A stretch of DNA of 64,000 bases from an uncultured Phycisphaerales bacterium (GTDB lineage Bacteria; Planctomycetota; Phycisphaerae; Sedimentisphaerales; Anaerobacaceae). Shown here in pieces: positions 51,307 through 60,280 of the stretch (positions are counted from its first letter, which is position 1; every line of letters begins with the position of its first letter). The notes below the pieces were generated by a model. It saw only the letters and a program-made list of their open reading frames with translations, did no database searches and was not told the origin of the DNA. The position numbers were made by a program, and so were the translations under genes. The stretch lies in NCBI GenBank assembly GCA_963718665.1, contig OY970359.1:1248001-1312000 (forward strand), in the 5' to 3' direction.

Positions 51307-51552
51307 ATGTCAGAGGGAACGGTGAAATGGTTTAACTCAAGGAAGGGTTATGGCTTTATCGCGGCGGCGGACGGTAAAGACGTTTTCGTTCATTACTCAA
51401 GCATAAGCAGCGAGGGGTACAAGACACTCAAAGAAGGCGACCTGATTACCTTCGATATCGTGCAGGGAGAAAAGGGGCCGAGGGCAGAGAACGTAGTTCC
51501 TCTTTCAGCCGACACAGCCAAAGCCAAAGACGAGAAGCCGAAGAAATCCTGA
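51307..51552 (+). CDS. Cold-shock domain protein
   Basis: GTVKWFN, KGYGFI, DVFVHYS. Confidence 0.95.
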   Translation: MSEGTVKWFNSRKGYGFIAAADGKDVFVHYSSISSEGYKTLKEGDLITFDIVQGEKGPRAENVVPLSADTAKAKDEKPKKS

Positions 51553-51712
51553 GGTAACAGAGGTCAGAAGACGGAGGGCGGAGGACAGATATCTCCAGTT
51601 CATTTTTCACGCTGGAATAACGTTGGTTTTTTCTTGCAACTTCCCATAATATCTGCTATTTCAATAGTAAGGCGGTGAATGGAACGGCAAAGAAAGAAGG
51701 CAATTTCCGGCT

Positions 51713-52348
51713 ATGTTATCCGCAGGGCTTGAATCAGGTCTCGATTGCAATGTTCTTGTCCTGAACAAGAACTATATGGCCATCCGCATAATCGGCGCGA
51801 GAAGGGCATTTTCCCTGCTTTGTCGCCGGCTGGCGGAGGTGGTGTCATACGAGGAGGGCTCATACGCCAATTACGATTTTCAGAGCTGGTGCGAGGTCAG
51901 TGAACTAAAGCGCAATTTCGAGCCGGATAATTATGACTGGGTATCGACAGTCAGTATATATGTGGCGGTGCCGAGGATAATCCGGCTGCTGTTTTATGAC
52001 CGCCTGCCGAGAAGCGAGGTAAAATTCAACCGCAGGAACATCTTCGCCCGCGACAGAAACCGCTGCCAGTATTGCGGCAAAAAACAACCCATCAGCGAAC
52101 TTTCACTCGACCACGTCCTTCCGCGCAGCGCGGGCGGCAAGGCAACCTGGACGAATATCGTCTGCGCCTGCACTAACTGCAACGTGAAAAAAGGCGGCAG
52201 AACACCCCAGCAGGCGAGAATGGCACTGATACAAAAACCCGTCAAGCCCAGGCACAGCCCGCTTATTCACATTCACTTAGGCCACCAGCGTTACAGCAGC
52301 TGGAAACAGTTCTTAGACAACGCTTACTGGTCTGTTGAGCTGAAGTAG
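51713..52348 (+). CDS. HNH endonuclease (McrA/HNH_5-like)
   Basis: VLVLN, RD..RCQYCG, DHVLPRS.GG, W.NIVCAC..CN..KG. Confidence 0.88.
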   Translation: MLSAGLESGLDCNVLVLNKNYMAIRIIGARRAFSLLCRRLAEVVSYEEGSYANYDFQSWCEVSELKRNFEPDNYDWVSTVSIYVAVPRIIRLLFYDRLPRSEVKFNRRNIFARDRNRCQYCGKKQPISELSLDHVLPRSAGGKATWTNIVCACTNCNVKKGGRTPQQARMALIQKPVKPRHSPLIHIHLGHQRYSSWKQFLDNAYWSVELK

Positions 52349-52533
52349 ATTTTCAGCGGTCTGCCGCTTCTATACCTTCGCGATATTCCTATAGACAGGC
52401 CAGGTCGAGGTTTTTGGCGGCGGGTCGGCAAACGGGAATTGTCAAAGGCAAGGTCTTGTTTTTCCGGGGTATTTTTGGCGATTTTTGGGGTATTCAGGTC
52501 TCATCCGTAATATAATCCTGCGAGATTTTTTTC

Positions 52534-52563
52534 TTGACTTTCTCTACACTTGTAGAGTATTAT
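52534..52563 (+). promoter_or_regulatory. Promoter with a BlaI/MecI/CopY-type operator in its spacer
   Basis: TTGACT-18 bp-TATTAT; perfect palindrome CTCTACA-CT-TGTAGAG at 52542-52557 (TACAnnTGTA core). Confidence 0.85.
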
Positions 52564-52594
52564 TGCACTTATAAAAACAATTAAGGGGCAAACT

Positions 52595-52984
52595 ATGACA
52601 AAAAGTCAATCGGAGCTAACAGCCGGAGAATGGGCGATTATACAGGCCGTGTGGGACAACGAGCCGTGTGCCGCGCCGACAATCCAGGAAGAGCTTGAGA
52701 AGAAAACCGGCTGGAGTTACAGCACAGTAAAGACAATGATGGACCGGATGGTCACCAAGGGACTGCTGCGGACGCAGAGAATCCGCAATCTCATCCTGTA
52801 CAGTTCTGTTATCACGAAAAAAGAGGCGCAGAGGGGCGAGATTATGCGTGCGGTCAAAAGGGCATTCGGTGGAGCGATGACGCCTATGATGCAATTTCTG
52901 TTAGACAGTAAAAATTTGACGGAAGAAGAGCTAAACCAGCTCGAAGCGATGATAAAAAGCAAGAAGGAAAAGGCAAAGAAGTAA
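52595..52984 (+). CDS. BlaI/MecI/CopY family transcriptional repressor
   Basis: ELTAGEWAIIQAVW, WSYSTVKTMMDRMVTKG, FGG, LTEEEL. Confidence 0.93.
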   Translation: MTKSQSELTAGEWAIIQAVWDNEPCAAPTIQEELEKKTGWSYSTVKTMMDRMVTKGLLRTQRIRNLILYSSVITKKEAQRGEIMRAVKRAFGGAMTPMMQFLLDSKNLTEEELNQLEAMIKSKKEKAKK

Positions 52985-53023
52985 GCCGCGAGAGAGAAGA
53001 CCGCGTAACGGGACAAAGCACTT

Positions 53024-55261
53024 ATGAGCAACGTGCTTGAGCTAATAAATTCAGCGGGAAAAGGATTTGTGGAGTTTGCGTGGCCGATGCTGTGGCAGTC
53101 GGGCATGCTGGTGGTAATATTGCTGGCGTCGGATTATATACTGCGAAGAAAAGTTGGCGCGGTATTCCGCTATGGGCTGTGGATGCTGGTGATAGTGAAG
53201 CTGGTTTTGCCGACGTCGCTGTCAAGCCCTGTGAGTATCGGACAATTTATGATTGTGCCAGTGGGCTTAGTCAAAATCGCCGGCCCTGGAAAGCCGCAGG
53301 CAGGGAACATTTCGGGTATCCGGCTTTCTCCAGACGCGACTGCCGAATCGCGGCTAAATGCACTTTTGGCAGAGCAGCTTGCTCTGCTGAAACGGCCTGT
53401 TTCATCCCTTACCCAATCAAATCAATCTTCGGGAATGCTGACCTGGCAAGGGGGAGTATTGCTGCTGTGGGTGATTGTTGTTGGCGCGATGCTTTTATTG
53501 CTGATGCAGCGGGTGATGTTTGTCCTCGGTTTAGTGCGGCAGTCAAAGGAAGCCAACGACGAAATGAGGGATACGCTTGAGGGCTGTCGCAAAATAATGA
53601 ACATCGGCGGGTATGTGGGCCTGAAGGAATCGCCGAACGCGGCAAGTCCGGCAGTATGCGGGCTTTTCAGGCCGGTTATACTTTTGCCTGGGTGGCTTAA
53701 CGCAAATCTCGATGCAGGGCAGTTTAAAATTATTTTAATGCACGAGCTGGCGCATATAAGGCGCAGGGATTTATGGGTAAACCTTGTCCAGACGCTGCTG
53801 CAGATTGTTTATTTCTACAACCCGTTTATATGGCTGGCCAACTGGATGATAAGGCGCGTTCGCGAGCAGGCGGTTGACGAGGCGGTGCAGGTATCGCTTG
53901 GGGAAAAGTCGCCTCAATACCCGGAGATGCTATTGAATATTGCGAGATTTGCTTTCGGGCAGCCGGTGCTAAATATGCGTTCGATAGGCGTTGTCGAATC
54001 GAGGAGCGCGCTTACGGGACGCATTAAAAAGATGTTGAACGGGCCGGTGCCTAAAACTGCGAAGCTGAATCTTCCCGGGGTGATTGTTGTTATTTTAATC
54101 GGGCTGCTGACGCTGCCGATGGCAAAAAGTATGGCAGAAGGGTCAAATCGAAATGTCGTGACATGTAAAACAAAATCCAAATCGATATGCCTGGTGGCGG
54201 ACAGCAATCAATACTCGCTGAAGGATGCTTTCAAGAATGATTTTCGCATAGGCACGGCGTTGAGTTGTTATCAGCTTTCCGGTAAGGACGCGAATGACCT
54301 TTCGGTGGTGTCGTCGCAATTCAACTCAATTACGCCGGAACATTTTTTGAAATGGGCATACGTACATCCTGAGCCGGGGAAATATAATTTTGATATGGCA
54401 GACAATTACGTGGCGTTGGGCGAAAAAAATAAAATGTTCATTGTGGGTCACGTTCTTATCGCCCCGGACCAGATTCCTGACTGGGTGTTTCAGGATGACA
54501 ACGGCAAAACGGTCAGCCAAGAAGTTCTTCTCAAACGTATGCGGGAGCATATATTGACGGTTGTCAGCCGGTACAAGGGCCGAATAAACGGCTGGGACGT
54601 GGTCAACGAGGCCATCGGAAATGACGGCCAGATACTCGAAACAAAATGGTGCAAAATCATCGGCAAGGATTATATCCAGAAGGCCTTCGAATATGCCCAC
54701 GAAGCGGACCCTAACGCTGAGCTGTATTACAACGACTATAATGTGTGGTCCAAAAAAGATATAGACAGTATCGTTCGGTTAGTCGGCACACTTAAAGCGA
54801 AAGGCATCCGCATCGACGGCATAGGGATGCAGGCGCACTGGGGGCTTTACAGCCCGTCGCCAGACGCGATAGAAAACAGCATCGTCGCCCTTTCCCAATC
54901 GGGGGTCAAGGTAATGATTTCAGAAATAGACGTTTCGGTATTGCCTTGTTACGACATCAGCAAAGACGGCGATATTAAAAATGACCCCGCGTTACAGAAG
55001 AAGTTTAACCCATATCCCGATACGCTGCCCGCCGAGGTGCAGGAAAAACTTGCAGAGCGTTACGGGGAATTGTTCGCGGTTTTTCACAAGCACGCCGACA
55101 AAATCAGCCGGGTGACGCTCTGGGGGGTTCAGGACGGTCAATCGTGGCTGAACCGCTGGCCTGTCGAGGGGCGAGCGGATTATCCTTTGCTTTTTGACCG
55201 CAATCTAAAATCCAAGCCAGCTTATTACGCGGTAATCAAGACAGCACAGAACAACCAGTAA
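53024..55261 (+). CDS. BlaR1-type M56 metallopeptidase fused to a GH10 (endo-xylanase-like) domain
   Basis: TM helices, SPAVCG.FRPVILLP, HELAH, FYNP, RE.A.D (M56); WDVVNE, YYNDYN, IDGIGMQAH, ISEIDV, TLWG, PLLFD (GH10). Confidence 0.92.
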   Translation: MSNVLELINSAGKGFVEFAWPMLWQSGMLVVILLASDYILRRKVGAVFRYGLWMLVIVKLVLPTSLSSPVSIGQFMIVPVGLVKIAGPGKPQAGNISGIRLSPDATAESRLNALLAEQLALLKRPVSSLTQSNQSSGMLTWQGGVLLLWVIVVGAMLLLLMQRVMFVLGLVRQSKEANDEMRDTLEGCRKIMNIGGYVGLKESPNAASPAVCGLFRPVILLPGWLNANLDAGQFKIILMHELAHIRRRDLWVNLVQTLLQIVYFYNPFIWLANWMIRRVREQAVDEAVQVSLGEKSPQYPEMLLNIARFAFGQPVLNMRSIGVVESRSALTGRIKKMLNGPVPKTAKLNLPGVIVVILIGLLTLPMAKSMAEGSNRNVVTCKTKSKSICLVADSNQYSLKDAFKNDFRIGTALSCYQLSGKDANDLSVVSSQFNSITPEHFLKWAYVHPEPGKYNFDMADNYVALGEKNKMFIVGHVLIAPDQIPDWVFQDDNGKTVSQEVLLKRMREHILTVVSRYKGRINGWDVVNEAIGNDGQILETKWCKIIGKDYIQKAFEYAHEADPNAELYYNDYNVWSKKDIDSIVRLVGTLKAKGIRIDGIGMQAHWGLYSPSPDAIENSIVALSQSGVKVMISEIDVSVLPCYDISKDGDIKNDPALQKKFNPYPDTLPAEVQEKLAERYGELFAVFHKHADKISRVTLWGVQDGQSWLNRWPVEGRADYPLLFDRNLKSKPAYYAVIKTAQNNQ

Positions 55262-55398
55262 ATATTCCAATGGCCTGCAAATCTAACCATTTTCTCTATT
55301 GCGCCGCTTCTTTGAAATTCCGGGCTAATTTGTTTGCGGGTTGGTTTTTTTTTGTCGCGCGGCTATAATGGCACCTTAATTTATGAGGCGCCTTTTTT

Positions 55399-56637
55399 GT
55401 GCATAACAGACGTATAGCCATATTGGGTTCGACGGGGTCGATAGGAACGACGGCCCTGCGGGTTATCGACGGGCTGAACGATTTGCCCAGAGATAAATCG
55501 CCGCGGTTTGATGTTGTTGCGCTTAGCGGGCACAGCAATATAAAGCTGCTGGCGGAACAGGTACGGCAATACAGACCAAAATACGCGGTAGTCAGCGATA
55601 TTGATTACGTCGAGCAATTTCGCCGGCAGGTCAAAGGTCTGGACGTTAAAATCCTCGCAGGCCCGGAAGGACTGACCGAAATCGCGGAGCTTGAGCAGGT
55701 TGATACGGTTCTTGCGGCTGTTGTGGGGGTAGCGGGCCTACAGGCGGTCCTGGCGGCGGTACGCAAAGGCAAAAGGGTCGCGATAGCGAATAAAGAGCCG
55801 TTAGTTATAGCGGGGCAGTTGATTACGACGGAGGCGAAAAAATACGGCGCGGAGCTGCTGCCTGTCGATAGCGAACACTCGGCGATATTCCAATCGCTTT
55901 CCGCGGGCAGGCACGAGGAGGTAGCCAAGATAATCCTGACGACATCGGGCGGGCCATTCAGAAAGGCGAACCCGGCGGGGATACCGGACGCGACTATTGA
56001 GCAGGTTTTAGCGCACCCGGTTTGGCGTATGGGGCCGAAGATTACGGTGGATTCGGCGACGATGATGAACAAGGCACTAGAGATAATTGAGGCACGATGG
56101 CTTTTTGACGTGCCAGCGGAAAAAATAGAAGTTCTGGTTCATCCTGAGTCGATAGTTCATTCGATGGTGGAGTACGTGGACGGGTCAGTGATAGCGCAAC
56201 TTGGATGCCCGGATATGTCTTTGCCGATTCAATATGCGCTGACGTATCCCGCGCGAGTGCCCGGGGCGGCCAAGAAGCTCGACCTTAGCCGGCTGAAGAC
56301 GCTGACGTTCGAGAAGCCAAACCCAGAGGTGTTTCCGGCGATTCAGATGGGTTTTGAGGCCGCGAAAAAGGGCGGGACGGCAGCAGCGGTATTTAACGCG
56401 GCGAATGAGGCGGCGGTAGAGCAATTTCTCGCGGGTAATATAAAATTTGGTAATATCGTGGAGCTTGTCCGGCGATGCCTGGACAATTGTGACGCAAAAA
56501 CTGACGCGTCGCTCGAAGAATTGTTAGAGGCAGATGCCTGGGCAAAGAAAGAGGTAACTGAATGTCTGAAAAGCCAGAGGACAGGGAGCAAAAAACAGAG
56601 AACACAAAACACTCACCGCAAACAGCTTCACGGCTGA
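55399..56637 (+). CDS. dxr: 1-deoxy-D-xylulose 5-phosphate reductoisomerase
   Basis: LGSTGSIG, ANKE, PVDSEH, HPVWRMGPKITVDSATM, NAANE. Confidence 0.97.
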   Translation: MHNRRIAILGSTGSIGTTALRVIDGLNDLPRDKSPRFDVVALSGHSNIKLLAEQVRQYRPKYAVVSDIDYVEQFRRQVKGLDVKILAGPEGLTEIAELEQVDTVLAAVVGVAGLQAVLAAVRKGKRVAIANKEPLVIAGQLITTEAKKYGAELLPVDSEHSAIFQSLSAGRHEEVAKIILTTSGGPFRKANPAGIPDATIEQVLAHPVWRMGPKITVDSATMMNKALEIIEARWLFDVPAEKIEVLVHPESIVHSMVEYVDGSVIAQLGCPDMSLPIQYALTYPARVPGAAKKLDLSRLKTLTFEKPNPEVFPAIQMGFEAAKKGGTAAAVFNAANEAAVEQFLAGNIKFGNIVELVRRCLDNCDAKTDASLEELLEADAWAKKEVTECLKSQRTGSKKQRTQNTHRKQLHG

Positions 56638-58751
56638 TTCTGCTGGTTGCGGTGGTGATTGCGGTCTGTGTTTTTATTATCCGCAATTTCGATGTTTCAA
56701 GAAATATAATATTAGTGCTGCTGGGTTTCGGGGCGGTCATTTTAATTCATGAGCTTGGGCATTTTACCGTCGCGAAACTGTGTGGGATAAAGGTCGAGGC
56801 GTTTTCGATAGGCATGCCGCCGATTTTGTTCGGGATAAAGAAGGCGGACCGCGGCTGGAAAATAAGACTTTTGCCTGAGCTGCTTAAAAGCGAAGGGGAA
56901 AATTCAGAGGAGGGGCTTTTAAGTTTCACAGTGGGCAAAAAGATTCTGCCCGGCGAGACCGAATACCGTGTGGGACTGATTCCGCTTGGCGGATTTGTCA
57001 AGATGTTAGGCCAGGAAGACGTGGGGCCTGTGAAGACAAACGACGACCCGAGGTCGTTTTCGAATAAGCCGGCGTTGTCCCGCGCGGCGGTGCTGGCGGC
57101 TGGAGTTATATTCAACGCGATAAGCGCGGTGATTGTGTTCATGATAGTATTTATGATAGGTATCGGGCTTACGGCACCGGTAGTGGGCAACTTAGTGCAC
57201 GGGTCGCCCGCAGAGAAGGCGGGGCTAAAGCCAGGGGATGAAATAATCGAGGTCGGCGGCACGAGCGGCCGGCTGGATTTCAGCGACATTATGATGGCGG
57301 CGGTGCTTTCAGGAAAAAAGGAATCGATACCGCTAAAGGTCCGGCGAGCCGACGGGGCAATCGAGAATGTTTCGATAACAGCGGAGCAATTGCCCGGGGG
57401 GCAATCCCGCGGATTCGGAATACAAAAACCATTGACGCTGAAATTGGCGAAATTGCCGCCGCAGGACGCCAATCTTTTGTTTACGACAACGGGTTTGAAG
57501 CCGGGCGACATTGTAAAGGCAGTCGATGGAATCGATGTCAATTACACCTGGCAGGTTGAGCCAATAATCGAGGGGGCATTTGAGCCGAATATCGAGATTC
57601 TGGCACAGAGACGCGATTCGTCGGGACGGGAAAATATCGTCGAGGGCCGGGTGTCGCTGAGTTTTGCTCCTGCGAAGGATTTTGTCTGTGAATCCGAAGC
57701 CAATCTCGCCAATATCTGCACAATGGTTCCGCGGCTGAGAATAGCGGCTGTATCTGAAGAAACAAAGTCATTGAGGAAATGGCTGACTAAACTTTTCGGC
57801 GGGAAAGACACTAAACCCGGATTAAAATCCGGTGACATATTAGCGGCGGTAGCGGAAGTTGAAAACCCGACATTTTTTGAGCTGCGGGAAGTAACAAAAC
57901 AATATGAAAACAAGCCGCTGCCTGTAACAGTGCTTAGGACTAATGCCAACGGTTTTGAAAGCCGCCTGATCGTATCTGTGATTCCGCGATGGGACACTGA
58001 TGCCAACCGTGTTGTAATCGGCATAATACCCGAGCTTGACGCCAAACATCCCATAATCGCCAAGACAATCGCGACGGAACGACATCCGAACGCGGCGGCG
58101 ATACCCAGAGGGGCAACGATAACGGCTATTGACGGCGTTGAGGTTAAGAATTTTTATGATATTGCACGCCAGTTGAAACGTAATTCAGGTCAACATGTTA
58201 CGGTTGACTGGCGGCTTGATACCCAGAAAGCAGGTAACGCCGTTGTTGATGTGGGCGAGAAATGGGACGTTGTCAGCGCGAGCGCGTTCACGGAGCAGTC
58301 GCTACCATTCGCGGAAATGGAACGGCTATACAAAGCGAACGGGCCTGTTGACGCGATAGGGATGGGATATAAACGCACGAAGACGTTTATCATCCAGACG
58401 TATGTTACATTGCATCGGCTGATAGGCGGGCTTGTAAGCCCCAAACAGCTTATGGGGCCGGTGGGTATTCTGACATTCAGCTACAGAATTGTCGCGGCGC
58501 AGCCATTTGTTTATTATGTTTATTTCCTGGGGCTTATAAGCGCGTCAATAGCGGTGCTGAATTTTCTGCCGCTGCCGCCATTCGACGGCGGTTTGACGGT
58601 GCTTTTGCTGATTGAGAAAATCAAAGGTTCGGCGATAAGCGTGCGGACACAGGAAATCATCGCATACGCGGGCTGGGGAATGGTCGGCACACTTTTTCTG
58701 TATGTGACGTTCAACGATATAGGGCGTCTTATTTGGGGATTCTTTAGCTGA
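56562..58751 (+). CDS. rseP: RIP metalloprotease RseP (M50) with several PDZ domains
   Basis: HELGH, IPLGGFV, AG, NFLPLPPFDGG; follows dxr. Confidence 0.92.
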   Translation: MSEKPEDREQKTENTKHSPQTASRLILLVAVVIAVCVFIIRNFDVSRNIILVLLGFGAVILIHELGHFTVAKLCGIKVEAFSIGMPPILFGIKKADRGWKIRLLPELLKSEGENSEEGLLSFTVGKKILPGETEYRVGLIPLGGFVKMLGQEDVGPVKTNDDPRSFSNKPALSRAAVLAAGVIFNAISAVIVFMIVFMIGIGLTAPVVGNLVHGSPAEKAGLKPGDEIIEVGGTSGRLDFSDIMMAAVLSGKKESIPLKVRRADGAIENVSITAEQLPGGQSRGFGIQKPLTLKLAKLPPQDANLLFTTTGLKPGDIVKAVDGIDVNYTWQVEPIIEGAFEPNIEILAQRRDSSGRENIVEGRVSLSFAPAKDFVCESEANLANICTMVPRLRIAAVSEETKSLRKWLTKLFGGKDTKPGLKSGDILAAVAEVENPTFFELREVTKQYENKPLPVTVLRTNANGFESRLIVSVIPRWDTDANRVVIGIIPELDAKHPIIAKTIATERHPNAAAIPRGATITAIDGVEVKNFYDIARQLKRNSGQHVTVDWRLDTQKAGNAVVDVGEKWDVVSASAFTEQSLPFAEMERLYKANGPVDAIGMGYKRTKTFIIQTYVTLHRLIGGLVSPKQLMGPVGILTFSYRIVAAQPFVYYVYFLGLISASIAVLNFLPLPPFDGGLTVLLLIEKIKGSAISVRTQEIIAYAGWGMVGTLFLYVTFNDIGRLIWGFFS

Positions 58752-58797
58752 CGATAATAATAAAGGACTCATTTATAAATCAGAAAGGATTCTGGAA

Positions 58798-60156
58798 GTG
58801 ACAATGACGATTGATAAACCCGCAGCGACGGGAAAACTTTCATCGGAGGCATATCACGACAACCTGCAGGCGGCATTGATAAAATTTGACCCGGAAGTTC
58901 ACAAGCTGATAACAAAAGAATATGAGCGATTGCAGGGGACAATACAGCTTTTGGCGGCGGAGAACCAGTGCTCGCGGGCTGCGCTTGCCGCACTTGGGTC
59001 AATACTGCAAAATAAGACCTGCGAAGGATTTCCGGAGGCCCGGCTTCACGGCGGCAGCTGCGTAATGGATGAGGTTGAGAAGTTAGCGATTGAACGCGCT
59101 AAAAAGGCGTTCGGCGCAGAATACGCGAACGTCCAGCCGCATTCAGGAACAACTGCAAACCAAATTGTCATAACCGCCCTGCTTAAACCAGGCGATAAAA
59201 TACTGAGTATGGCGACAAGCCACGGCGGGCATTATTCGCACGGCTTTATCGATTCGATTACAGCAAGATTTTTCGAGATTGAAAGCTATCACGTTGACAG
59301 GGACACGTTTCTTCTCGACTACGATGAAATACGCAAGCAGGCAAAACGATTCGGGCCGAAGCTGATTATATGCGGAGCAAGCGCATATCCCAGGGCAATC
59401 GATTTTGCCCGGTTCAGGCAAATCACCGACGAGGTCGGGGCGTTACTGCTGGCGGATATTTCACATTTGTCGGCGCTGGTGATGGGAGGCGTTCACGCAT
59501 CGCCAATCGATTACGCTCATCTGACAACCACGAGCACCTATAAGCCCGGCGGGCCGAGGGGCGGGCTGATTTTGTCGGGCAAGGATTACGACCACAGGAT
59601 TAAAACGGCGAGCGGAGAAATTACGTTGTGGCAGTTGATAGAAAAGACGACGTTCCCCGGCGTTCAAGGAACGCCTTATTTCAGCAATATCGCGGCCAAG
59701 GCGGTATTTTTCAAAGAGGCCTTGTCGGAAGAGTATAAGACGAGGCAGGCCAGGGTCGTTGAAAACTCAAAACGGCTGGCGGGCATATTGCTGCGGAAAG
59801 GATATGACGTTTTGACGGGCGGGACCGACAATCATTTGATGCTTGTCGATGTTGCCAAGAAATCGCAGAACCTGACGGGTCTTGCCGCCCAGCAGTGCCT
59901 CGAACAATGCGGGATAGTCGTCGATAAGATGCTTTTGCCTTATGATAACAATCCTAACGGCGTGAGCGGGATACGCTTAGGCACGCCGATAATTACGAAA
60001 AACGGTATGGGCACAGCTGAAATCGACAAGATAGCCGAGCTTGTCGACACGGTGCTAAGTAATCTGAAATCGTCAGGCCAGGCAATTGACCAGTCAGTTG
60101 CGGACCGCGTCAGGAGACAAGCAAAAGAGCTTGCCGCTGAATTTTCTATCCGCTGA
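58798..60156 (+). CDS. Serine hydroxymethyltransferase-like PLP enzyme (divergent active site)
   Basis: NVQPHSG, GGHYSHG, GASAYPR, ADISH, K..GPRGG, GGTDNHL, SGIRLGTP. Confidence 0.85.
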   Translation: MTMTIDKPAATGKLSSEAYHDNLQAALIKFDPEVHKLITKEYERLQGTIQLLAAENQCSRAALAALGSILQNKTCEGFPEARLHGGSCVMDEVEKLAIERAKKAFGAEYANVQPHSGTTANQIVITALLKPGDKILSMATSHGGHYSHGFIDSITARFFEIESYHVDRDTFLLDYDEIRKQAKRFGPKLIICGASAYPRAIDFARFRQITDEVGALLLADISHLSALVMGGVHASPIDYAHLTTTSTYKPGGPRGGLILSGKDYDHRIKTASGEITLWQLIEKTTFPGVQGTPYFSNIAAKAVFFKEALSEEYKTRQARVVENSKRLAGILLRKGYDVLTGGTDNHLMLVDVAKKSQNLTGLAAQQCLEQCGIVVDKMLLPYDNNPNGVSGIRLGTPIITKNGMGTAEIDKIAELVDTVLSNLKSSGQAIDQSVADRVRRQAKELAAEFSIR

Positions 60157-60280
60157 GAAGCCCCCATAATTAACCGGTCGGTTAATCCCGGCGAAGCAGG
60201 TTTGGCATTTGCGTGCTTGATGAGGAGACGAATCGCTGGTATGTTATTCAGGCCATAATGCGCGTTTAGGCAAAGCCCGT

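Noticed and set aside
51713..52348. HNH gene as a novel defence or RNA-guided nuclease
   Set aside because: Short, common stand-alone HNH type with no RuvC motifs, array or clear ncRNA; host-like composition.
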